The notes under the pieces are model-generated. The model saw only the letters and a list, made by a program, of their open reading frames with translations, ran no database searches and had not been told where the DNA came from. A stretch of DNA of 64,000 bases from Muriicola sp. (GTDB lineage Bacteria; Bacteroidota; Bacteroidia; Flavobacteriales; Flavobacteriaceae), in NCBI GenBank assembly GCA_041744575.1, contig JBGTKP010000057.1, positions 35,821 through 99,820 of the forward strand, read 5' to 3'. The position numbers were made by a program, and so were the translations under genes. Of this stretch, positions 18,419 to 26,412 are shown one piece after another. Numbering within the stretch: position 1 is the first letter of the stretch; every line of letters starts with the position of its first letter.

Positions 18419-19407
18419 AGGATACGCTGAACAGATTGATCAATCACGAAAGGCTCTCCAAGGAAGACGCCCGAAATATTCTCGTGAATATAGCACAGGG
18501 AAGGTACAATACCAGCCAAATTGCCGCCTTCTTAACCGTGTACATGATGCGTAGCATCAGCATCGAGGAACTTGAGGGTTTCCGGGATGCGCTTCTCGAA
18601 CTCTGCCTTGCGGTAGATCTTTCTGAATACCACCCCATGGACCTTTGTGGAACGGGGGGTGACGGGAAGGACACTTTTAACATTTCGACCCTCGCTTCAT
18701 TTGTCACCGCCGGAGCCGGGATACCTGTAACAAAACATGGGAATTACGGGGTGTCATCCAAATGCGGGAGCAGCAATGTCCTGGAATTTCTTGGAATTAC
18801 CTTTAGCAATGATGCCGATTTTCTGAGAAAATCCCTCGATAGGGCAGGGATTTGTGTTCTGCACGCCCCCCTGTTTCATCCCGCAATGAAGAATGTAGCC
18901 CCGATCCGGAAAGACCTGGCTGTCAAAACCTTTTTTAATATGCTGGGGCCTATGGTCAACCCTGCATTTCCAAAATATCAGATCGTTGGCGTATTCAACC
19001 TTGAGCTTGCACGCATGTATGGCTATCTTTATCAGAACACGGATATTCAATTTACCATCCTGCACAGCCTGGACGGTTATGATGAAATCTCTCTGACCGG
19101 CCAGACAAAAACAATATCCAATGACAGGGAGGACCTCCTCACCCCCTCAGATTTTGGGGTAAACGCCGTGCTCCCGACTGATATTGGCGGAGGTGAGAGC
19201 ATTGATGAAGCGGCCCAGACCTTCATGAATATTCTCCAGGGTAAGGGAACAGACCCTCAGGTCCACGTTGTCTGTGCGAATGCAGGGATCGCCATTGCGA
19301 CAGCCCGGAATCTGTCAGTAAAGCAGGGCTTTGAAATTGCCAGGGAATCCCTGAACAGCGGAAATGCCCTGAAAGCATTAAAGAAATTACAGGAGGTAAG
19401 TGCATGA
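18415..19407 (+). CDS. trpD: Anthranilate phosphoribosyltransferase
   Basis: I prefer the start at ATG 18415 (MKDTLNRLINHE), which overlaps the trpG stop as ATGA. DLCGTGGDGKDTFNIST and KHGNYGVSSKCGSSNVLE motifs. Confidence 0.92.
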   Translation: MKDTLNRLINHERLSKEDARNILVNIAQGRYNTSQIAAFLTVYMMRSISIEELEGFRDALLELCLAVDLSEYHPMDLCGTGGDGKDTFNISTLASFVTAGAGIPVTKHGNYGVSSKCGSSNVLEFLGITFSNDADFLRKSLDRAGICVLHAPLFHPAMKNVAPIRKDLAVKTFFNMLGPMVNPAFPKYQIVGVFNLELARMYGYLYQNTDIQFTILHSLDGYDEISLTGQTKTISNDREDLLTPSDFGVNAVLPTDIGGGESIDEAAQTFMNILQGKGTDPQVHVVCANAGIAIATARNLSVKQGFEIARESLNSGNALKALKKLQEVSA

Positions 19408-20192
19408 GAGATATTCTGACCGAAATAGTAGCGGAAAAACACTTGGAAGTCGCTTTGAAAAAATCAGTCGTGCCCAGGAAACAACTTGAAAAATATCAAA
19501 TGTTTTCAAGAGAGACCATATCAATGAAAGGGAGTATTCTGAAGCATCCCGGGGGGATCATCGCTGAATTCAAAAGACGGTCCCCGTCCAAATCAGTCAT
19601 CAATCACGACCTCAGCGTAAAGGAGGTCGTTCTGGGTTATGAAGCGGCCGGTGCCAGTGGAATTTCAATTCTCACGGACGGCCTGTATTTTGGCGGTTCT
19701 CTTGAGGATCTCCTCTTCGCCAGAGCTTCCGTGGCCCTGCCCTTATTGCGGAAGGATTTCATAGTTAACGAATATCAGATCATCGAAGCGAAGGCCTCAG
19801 GGGCAGATGTTATCCTTTTGATTGCCGCAGTCCTCAGCCGGGAACAGATCCAACGATTTACCGAATGTGCGAAAGGTCTTGGCCTGGAAGTGTTGCTGGA
19901 AGTGCATAGCGAAGCCGAGTATGAGACGTCTGTAATTCCGGGCCTGGATTTGATAGGGGTTAACAACAGGAACCTGAAAACTTTCCGCGTGGATCTGGAT
20001 ACAAGCAAAACCCTGGCGGGTAAAATATCCCCGGAATTTATAAAGATATCAGAAAGCGGGATCGGATCCCCTGAGGATATCCTGGAACTTCGGGCCTATG
20101 GGTACAAAGGATTTCTGATAGGTGAACAGTTTATGAAAACAGACAACCCGGGTGCCAGTGCAAAAGAATTCATAAACCATCTGCAGCCATGA
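19404..20192 (+). CDS. trpC: Indole-3-glycerol phosphate synthase
   Basis: 262 aa. IIAEFKRRSPSK, LRKDFIVNEYQI and IGVNNRNLKTF motifs. ATGA overlap with trpD. Confidence 0.92.
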   Translation: MRDILTEIVAEKHLEVALKKSVVPRKQLEKYQMFSRETISMKGSILKHPGGIIAEFKRRSPSKSVINHDLSVKEVVLGYEAAGASGISILTDGLYFGGSLEDLLFARASVALPLLRKDFIVNEYQIIEAKASGADVILLIAAVLSREQIQRFTECAKGLGLEVLLEVHSEAEYETSVIPGLDLIGVNNRNLKTFRVDLDTSKTLAGKISPEFIKISESGIGSPEDILELRAYGYKGFLIGEQFMKTDNPGASAKEFINHLQP

Positions 20193-20289
20193 ACCATTTT
20201 TTTTATTATTTACGTGGCTGTTTTCAGACCTTCTTTGGGAAAGTTTTTTCCAAAGGCTTCCATCGCCGCTCTGACAAAAGTCTGATATC

Positions 20290-20988
20290 ATGGAGGTAAA
20301 GGTATGCGGAATGAATTACAATCCGATGGAGGTGGCAGAACTTCATCCTGATTATCTGGGATTCATTTTTTGGAAGTCTTCTGCCAGGGCCTTTACAGGT
20401 AATATGGCGGATATTCCGCCAGGAATTAAAAAAGTAGGGGTATTTGTCGACGCCCCTCTTGAAGAAGTGATAAAAACGAGCCGGTCTTTCCAGCTGCAGG
20501 CCGTGCAACTGCACGGAGGTGAAAGCGCCTCTTATTGCAGCGAGTTGCGGGACCGGTTTCAAAAAGATGTACAGTATGGAAGCACTCCGTCAGGTTCCGA
20601 CCCTGCGGTTCGGCCACCAGAAATTATTAAAGTATTCCGGGTCGGGGAGAATTTTGATTTTGGCAGCCTTTTGCCGTACGATTCGGTTTGCGATTATTAC
20701 CTCTTTGATTCCCGTGGTGTCCTTCCGGGCGGTAACGGATATGCATTTGACTGGACCCTCCTGAATGCCTACCCTTCTGCCAAACCATTTTTCCTGAGCG
20801 GGGGCATCGGGCCGGGTGATGTGGTAAAAATCAAGTCGTTTTTTGCGGATACATCTTCGAGGTACTGTCTGGGTATCGATCTGAACAGCAGGTTTGAGAT
20901 AAGACCCGGTCATAAAGACGTCAGGGAACTCCGGAAATTTATGGCAGCTCTAGAGCCAGGAGGTTCAACCCAAAACCAATTAAAATGA
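20290..20988 (+). CDS. trpF: Phosphoribosylanthranilate isomerase
   Basis: 232 aa. VKVCGM, DYLGFIFW, VQLHG and GGNGYAFDW...FLSGGI motifs. Confidence 0.85.
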   Translation: MEVKVCGMNYNPMEVAELHPDYLGFIFWKSSARAFTGNMADIPPGIKKVGVFVDAPLEEVIKTSRSFQLQAVQLHGGESASYCSELRDRFQKDVQYGSTPSGSDPAVRPPEIIKVFRVGENFDFGSLLPYDSVCDYYLFDSRGVLPGGNGYAFDWTLLNAYPSAKPFFLSGGIGPGDVVKIKSFFADTSSRYCLGIDLNSRFEIRPGHKDVRELRKFMAALEPGGSTQNQLK

Positions 20989-22172
20989 TGAAAAGTTATC
21001 AGGCAGATGAAAGAGGTTATTACGGCGAATTCGGCGGGGCATTTATTCCTGAGATGCTATATCCGAATACCGAAGAGCTGCGTATTAACTATCTGAAAAT
21101 TATGGAGGACGCTTCCTTTAAGCAGGAATTTGAAGCGCTCCTTAAAGATTATGCCGGCAGGCCCACTCCATTGTTTTATGCTTCCAGGTTGTCTGAGCAT
21201 TATCATACCCGGATTTACCTTAAACGCGAAGACCTCTGCCATACCGGTGCGCACAAGGTGAACAACACTATCGGGCAGATCCTGATGGCGAAAAGACTTG
21301 GAAAGAACAGGATCATCGCGGAAACGGGAGCGGGACAGCATGGTGTCGCAACGGCCACCGTTTGTGCGCTTATGGGATTGGAGTGCATCGTGTATATGGG
21401 CGAAATAGACATCCAGAGACAGGCCCCCAATGTGGCAAGAATGAAAATGCTGGGTGCCACGGTCCGTCCGGCACTTTCCGGCAGCAGGACCCTGAAGGAT
21501 GCCACCAACGAAGCCATCAGGGATTGGATCAATAACCCTGTAAATACCCATTACATTATAGGCTCTGTCGTTGGCCCCCATCCATATCCGGATATGGTTG
21601 CCAGGTTCCAGTCGGTGATCTCTGCGGAGATCAGGTCTCAATTAACTGAAAAGGAGGGCAGACCTGACCCGGATTATGTGATTGCCTGTGTGGGAGGCGG
21701 AAGCAACGCGGCAGGGGCCTACTACCATTATCTGGATCAGCCCTCTGTAGGGATCATTGCCGTAGAAGCTGCAGGAAAAGGCGTAAGTTCCGGAAAAAGC
21801 GCCGCCACTTCGGCCCTGGGGCGGGTCGGTATTATCCATGGAAGTAAAACTTTGCTGATGCAGACCGGAGACGGACAAATAACGGAACCCTATTCCATTT
21901 CCGCCGGCCTTGACTATCCGGGGGTGGGTCCGATGCACGCTCATTTATATACATCCGGCAGGGGGGAATTCATTTCCATAACCGATGATCAGGCCATGCA
22001 GGCAGGAATGAAACTTGCCCGAATGGAAGGTATCATCCCGGCTATAGAAACCGCCCATGCCTTTGCCGTCCTGGAGGAGAAGGAATTTTTGAAGGATGCT
22101 GTCCTGGTAATCAATCTGTCTGGGAGGGGTGATAAAGACCTGCAGACCTATATTGACTATTTTAATCTGTAA
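20985..22172 (+). CDS. trpB: Tryptophan synthase beta chain
   Basis: 395 aa. GEFGG.FIPE, HTGAHKVNN (PLP lysine) and GGGSNAAG. ATGA overlap with trpF. Confidence 0.97.
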   Translation: MMKSYQADERGYYGEFGGAFIPEMLYPNTEELRINYLKIMEDASFKQEFEALLKDYAGRPTPLFYASRLSEHYHTRIYLKREDLCHTGAHKVNNTIGQILMAKRLGKNRIIAETGAGQHGVATATVCALMGLECIVYMGEIDIQRQAPNVARMKMLGATVRPALSGSRTLKDATNEAIRDWINNPVNTHYIIGSVVGPHPYPDMVARFQSVISAEIRSQLTEKEGRPDPDYVIACVGGGSNAAGAYYHYLDQPSVGIIAVEAAGKGVSSGKSAATSALGRVGIIHGSKTLLMQTGDGQITEPYSISAGLDYPGVGPMHAHLYTSGRGEFISITDDQAMQAGMKLARMEGIIPAIETAHAFAVLEEKEFLKDAVLVINLSGRGDKDLQTYIDYFNL

Positions 22173-22219
22173 CAAGGATCTCACCTGAATATAAGAGATA
22201 TGGAAAAACGCATCAATAA

Positions 22220-22981
22220 ATGAATCGGATCAAGGAAAAATTACTGGAAGGAAAAAAGATCCTCTCCATATACTTTACCGCCGGGTATCCGGAACTGCAG
22301 GATACGGTCCGGATCATTCGGGACCTTGAAGACAGTGGTGTGGATATGATTGAGATAGGATTGCCTTTCAGTGATCCTCTGGCCGACGGACCGACCATTC
22401 AGGAAAGCTCTGCAAAAGCCCTTAAAAATGGAATGACGACAGCCTTGCTTTTCAGGCAAATCAGGGACATTCGCCGGTCTGTAAACATTCCCCTTGTCCT
22501 GATGGGTTATTTTAATCCGGTCCTGCAATTCGGTGTGGAAAAGTTTTGTGAAGAATGCAGCAAGGCCGGTATTGACGGACTCATCCTTCCCGATCTCCCG
22601 CTGGATGTTTATCTTGAAGAATATCAGGATATATTCAGTAAACAGGGCCTGCTGAATATTTTTCTTATCAGCCCTCAGACCAGTGATACAAGGATCAGAG
22701 AATTGGACCGGGCCTCCGAAGGTTTTATCTATATGGTCAGTTCTGCCAGTACTACCGGCAGTAACAAGGAAATCGGAAATGAACAAACGGAATACTTTGA
22801 ACGGGTGGCAGGGCTGGGTTTGAAAAATCCGCTAATCGTTGGCTTTGGTATTGATTCTGCCCGTTCCTTTGAGCAGGCTACGGCCAAAACCAATGGTGCC
22901 ATTATCGGCTCCGCTTTTATCCGGCACCTGACAGATCACGGTACAGGCAACATTGCCGATTTTATTAAAAGAATTCGCTAG
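22220..22981 (+). CDS. trpA: Tryptophan synthase alpha chain
   Basis: 253 aa. The IEIGLPFSDPLADGPTIQ motif. Confidence 0.95.
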   Translation: MNRIKEKLLEGKKILSIYFTAGYPELQDTVRIIRDLEDSGVDMIEIGLPFSDPLADGPTIQESSAKALKNGMTTALLFRQIRDIRRSVNIPLVLMGYFNPVLQFGVEKFCEECSKAGIDGLILPDLPLDVYLEEYQDIFSKQGLLNIFLISPQTSDTRIRELDRASEGFIYMVSSASTTGSNKEIGNEQTEYFERVAGLGLKNPLIVGFGIDSARSFEQATAKTNGAIIGSAFIRHLTDHGTGNIADFIKRIR

Positions 22982-23009
22982 ATTTAGCCATCCATATTTC
23001 CGAACCTTC

Positions 23010-24506
23010 ATGAAAATAATCTTTTTCTTATTATTTGCCTTCCTGTCAGTTATTGGTAAAAGTCAGGAACCTGCCCAGTTAAAATCACAGGTCATGCACA
23101 GCATCGATGAGCTCAGGGATTTTATCTCCATCCCCAATGATGCCCTGGACCACGCTGATATTAACAGGAACATTTCCTGGCTGACAAAAAAATTCAATGA
23201 TCGCGGATTCAACACCTCTGTTCTGCCAACTTCCGGGGAATCCCTTTTCTTTGCCTCCTTGCCGATGGCTGATGAAAAACCCACCATCCTGTTCTACATG
23301 CATTTTGACGGGCAGTCTGTGGATCCATCCAAATGGGATCAACCCAATCCCTATGAGGTAGTACTTAAGGCCCCGGAGGGTGAAGGATGGAAGACGGTGC
23401 CTTTTACGGAACTGAATGAGGACATTCAATATGACTGGCGACTCTTTGGCCGTTCAACTTCAGATGACAAGGGACCGATAGTCATGTTCCTGAATGCCAT
23501 CGATTTAATCAGAAAAAATAAGGAGTCCTTTTCGTTTAATATCAAGGTGATCCTGGATGGCGAAGAAGAAAAAAGCAGCGCGCCGCTTCCCGAAGCTGTA
23601 AAACAGTACCGGGACCTGCTGGAGGCTGATTTCCTGGTGATTGCCGATGGTCCTGTACATTCTTCAGGACAACCCACCGTGGTTTATGGCTGCAGGGGGA
23701 TCACTACCCTGACGCTTACGACCTATGGCCCCGTGGTACCTCAGCATAGCGGGCACTATGGGAATTACGCCCCGAATCCTGCTTTTCAACTGGCACAGTT
23801 GTTGGCAGGCATGAAAGGAGCTGACGGGAAGGTAACCATTCCGGGATATTATGATGGTATCTCGCTGGATGAGAATTCACTTGAGGTGCTCAGGAGTGTC
23901 CCCGATGATCCGGAGGAAATGCGCCGTCACCTCCAGATAAATACCCCGGAAAATGTGGGGGACTTTTATCAGGAATCCTTACAGTATCCGTCGCTGAATC
24001 TTCGTGGGTTGTCCTCCGGGTGGACTGGAGAGAAAGCCCGGACCATTGTCCCTGAGAGTGCCACGGCCGAACTGGATCTCCGGCTGGTACCCGAAACAGA
24101 GGGTAACCGTTTAAAGGACCTGGTCAAAAAATATATCAGGGAGCAGGGTTATTTCATTACTTCAAAAGACCCGGTGCAGGAAGAACGAATGAAGCATCCC
24201 AGGATCCTAAAGGTGATTGAAGGAAGTGTCACGGATGCCTTTAGGACCGAACTGGAAAATCCTTACGGTAATTTCCTGGTCAACACCCTGAAGAATACCT
24301 TTGGCGGGGAGGTGGTTCGAATCCGCATTTCAGGAGGTACGGTCCCCATCGCCCCTTTTATCAATGAATTGAAGATCCCTGCATTCATTGTTCCCATGGT
24401 CAATCCTGACAATAATCAGCACAGCCCCAATGAGAATCTAAAGATCGGGCAGATCGCCTATGGCATTCAGGCCTTTTACTCGATTTTCAGCACAGGTCCT
24501 GAGTGA
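23010..24506 (+). CDS. M20/M25/M40 family metallopeptidase (dipeptidase-like), secreted
   Basis: I prefer the start at ATG 23010 (MKIIFFLLFAFLSVIGKSQ signal peptide). HFDGQSV, RSTSDDKGP, DGEEE and a C-terminal HSPNE motif are typical of M20. Confidence 0.85.
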   Translation: MKIIFFLLFAFLSVIGKSQEPAQLKSQVMHSIDELRDFISIPNDALDHADINRNISWLTKKFNDRGFNTSVLPTSGESLFFASLPMADEKPTILFYMHFDGQSVDPSKWDQPNPYEVVLKAPEGEGWKTVPFTELNEDIQYDWRLFGRSTSDDKGPIVMFLNAIDLIRKNKESFSFNIKVILDGEEEKSSAPLPEAVKQYRDLLEADFLVIADGPVHSSGQPTVVYGCRGITTLTLTTYGPVVPQHSGHYGNYAPNPAFQLAQLLAGMKGADGKVTIPGYYDGISLDENSLEVLRSVPDDPEEMRRHLQINTPENVGDFYQESLQYPSLNLRGLSSGWTGEKARTIVPESATAELDLRLVPETEGNRLKDLVKKYIREQGYFITSKDPVQEERMKHPRILKVIEGSVTDAFRTELENPYGNFLVNTLKNTFGGEVVRIRISGGTVPIAPFINELKIPAFIVPMVNPDNNQHSPNENLKIGQIAYGIQAFYSIFSTGPE

Positions 24507-24518
24507 AGTTGTTGGAAC

Positions 24519-25178
24519 TCATTTTGTCAGGGAGATCAGGATCACCCCATTGCCACCCCTGGATCCATAGATTGTAGCATCCTCACCTTTTAAAATTTCT
24601 ATGGTGCGGACTTCAGCCGGGTTCACGAAGGAAATGTCCGTTACATAAGTGCCGTCTACTACCATGAGCGGATCTGAATTAGCCTCGTCTGTAATACTCG
24701 ACGTTCCCCTGATCCTGATCTTGGTGCCGGTGACCACCACCCCAGAAAACCGCTCCTGGATCATTTCATAAATTGTGTTGTAATTCTTATAATTCTCACG
24801 GTCGGTTAGTTTCTCAGCCGTAAGTTCATCTCTGAAACCCAGAGCCTTCAGTTCCGCCTTATTAATTGAGGCTGTCTCTCTGGGATAACTGAAGTCCGCA
24901 CGAGGCCTTCCATCGTAGTACAGGGTGAGTAAACCATATTTGTGAGAATAAACACTGAGGGTGGTACTCTCTTTACCAAGTGTAACCCGGTAATTGCCCT
25001 GTTTGTCCGTCCTGCTTTCCGTAAGAAGTGAGTCCGCATAGAGTATGGCCCTGGCCACAGGCCGCCCGTAGAAATCGGATACCCGGCCAGACACGATGAT
25101 CTTTTCATCCGAAATTTCCTGGGAATAAAGGGAGGTCAACCCCGAAATGATCACATAGAAATATATCCTAATAGCCAT
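24519..25178 (-). CDS. Stand-alone CarboxypepD_reg-like + TonB-plug-like N-terminal module (no beta-barrel)
   Basis: 219 aa. Signal peptide, then SGRVSDFYGRPVARAILY...TDKQGNYR (carboxypeptidase-regulatory fold pattern). Ends with IRIRGTSSI...PLMVVDG...EILKGEDATIYGSRGGNGVILISLTK, which resembles the start of SusC/TonB receptor plugs. Confidence 0.55.
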   Translation of the reverse strand: MAIRIYFYVIISGLTSLYSQEISDEKIIVSGRVSDFYGRPVARAILYADSLLTESRTDKQGNYRVTLGKESTTLSVYSHKYGLLTLYYDGRPRADFSYPRETASINKAELKALGFRDELTAEKLTDRENYKNYNTIYEMIQERFSGVVVTGTKIRIRGTSSITDEANSDPLMVVDGTYVTDISFVNPAEVRTIEILKGEDATIYGSRGGNGVILISLTK

Positions 25179-25394
25179 TTTTTAAAAAAAAGTTGATTCG
25201 TAGGATCTGTCCAAGATAGCAATCTGGTTCCATTTATCCTTTAAATCGAATCAAATCAATGAAAACAGCAGCAAAAAAACAGAGTTACCAAGAGCCAAAA
25301 TAAAGAGTTAACAATTCCTAACAAAATATTAGGTTCGCCTTAACTCATATTCCGTTTATGGAATCGTAACTTGTTTTAATTAAAATAAGAAACC

Positions 25395-25538
25395 ATGGGA
25401 AATATAAGTGATAATAGAAAATTCAAACCAAAAGTGAATCAGTCAAATCCGACAAATCCTACGGGAAATACCAATATTGAAACCAATAAATTCGATATTG
25501 AAAAGGCGACTATTAAAAAACAACAAAACAAAAAGTAG
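25395..25538 (+). CDS. Hypothetical 47-aa N/K/T-rich small ORF (speculative)
   Basis: ATG 25395 to TAG 25538: MGNISDNRKFKPKVNQSNPTNPTGNTNIETNKFDIEKATIKKQQNKK. It is followed about 50 nt later by a strong hairpin and T-tract. I recognise no family. Confidence 0.2.
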   Translation: MGNISDNRKFKPKVNQSNPTNPTGNTNIETNKFDIEKATIKKQQNKK

Positions 25539-25561
25539 CCAGGCCTGAGAATCCGCTGGGT

Positions 25562-26218
25562 TCAAAAAAAGGTTTGGTATTGTAATACCCGGAAATCAAC
25601 AGTGTTGAATTCCGGGTTTTTTTCTTTAAGCAATTGGTAGGACTTCATACTACCCACGGCCCTGTTAGCGGCGCCTGAAGGAGCTGTAAGTGATACGGTG
25701 CGTATGTTCCTTAACTCGGTCAGCCGGAATTGGTGGATTCTTGGTACTTCCAAAGAAACAACTTCCAAAGGGATTCCTTCCTGTTTCAGCAATCTCCTGA
25801 AAAAATACTCCGGGCCATTCTTGCTGTTACCGCCTGTAAAGAGAAGGGTGTGCACATTTGGATAATCGCGGAGATAGCCAAGCAGGTCGCGGAGTTGTAC
25901 ATCCTGCATTCCCAGGTCAGAAGCATCCATACGGGTGCGGCGGGCACTGTTGACAATGTCACAGATGCCGATTTTCCTTTCAAGTAAAAAATCTTTCCTT
26001 TGCTGAACCGCACATTCCGTGGTTTCCCAGGATAATTGAAGATCAAAGATCCTGTCAAGGATCCGCCATAATTGACCATCTGCGCTCCCATAGCAAAAAT
26101 CTACGTCTCCCGGCTTTAGGTTTCGGGTGGTGAACCGCGGGGGCGGAAGCGTACCTACAACAAGTTTTGTGGCCTCTCTGAAAATGAACGGCTCGTAAGG
26201 ATGCGAATGTAGAAACAT
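25562..26218 (-). CDS. Uracil-DNA glycosylase superfamily protein (family-6/hypoxanthine-DNA-glycosylase-like)
   Basis: 218 aa. VVGTLPPPRF...DFCYGSADGQLWRIL and TAPSGAANRA resemble UDG-superfamily motif A/B arrangements. This assignment is from memory. Confidence 0.5.
   Translation of the reverse strand: MFLHSHPYEPFIFREATKLVVGTLPPPRFTTRNLKPGDVDFCYGSADGQLWRILDRIFDLQLSWETTECAVQQRKDFLLERKIGICDIVNSARRTRMDASDLGMQDVQLRDLLGYLRDYPNVHTLLFTGGNSKNGPEYFFRRLLKQEGIPLEVVSLEVPRIHQFRLTELRNIRTVSLTAPSGAANRAVGSMKSYQLLKEKNPEFNTVDFRVLQYQTFF
25588..25623 (+). terminator. Strong hairpin + T7, embedded in the 3' end of the convergent minus-strand CDS
   Basis: CCCGGAA-A-TCAAC-AGT-GTTGA-A-TTCCGGG (12 bp paired) followed by TTTTTTT. 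Confidence 0.55.
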
Positions 26219-26248
26219 GAAAAGAATGAAATCAGTAAAACTATTTAA

Positions 26249-26408
26249 CGTGAATTACGGATAAAGCCAATGAAATTGGATTATTCTGTTCCCCAACCCC
26301 AAAAGGGAGGAAAAATCCTATAAAAATAGCCCCGATAGAGAAAATTATTGCCCTTTAGGGATTAGGGAAAGAGAATTTTCGACTTTAAAAGGTTAACCGT
26401 TATTCACG
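26249..26408 (+). repeat. Copy A of a ~160-nt intergenic element with terminal inverted repeats
   Basis: About 88% identical (roughly 19 differences by eye) to 57770-57927, in the same orientation. Ends CGTGAATTACGG / CCGTTATTCACG are inverted complements. The internal block AAAGGGAGGAAAAATCCTATAAAAATAGC is identical in both copies. Confidence 0.75.
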
Positions 26409-26412
26409 CTTC

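Noticed and set aside
20193-20289. The 97-nt trpC-trpF gap with a CTTTGG...CCAAAG hairpin, considered as an internal terminator or promoter.
   Set aside because: The stem is only 6-7 bp, no U-tract follows it, and no TAnnTTTG box is present. The evidence is not enough to call a regulatory element.
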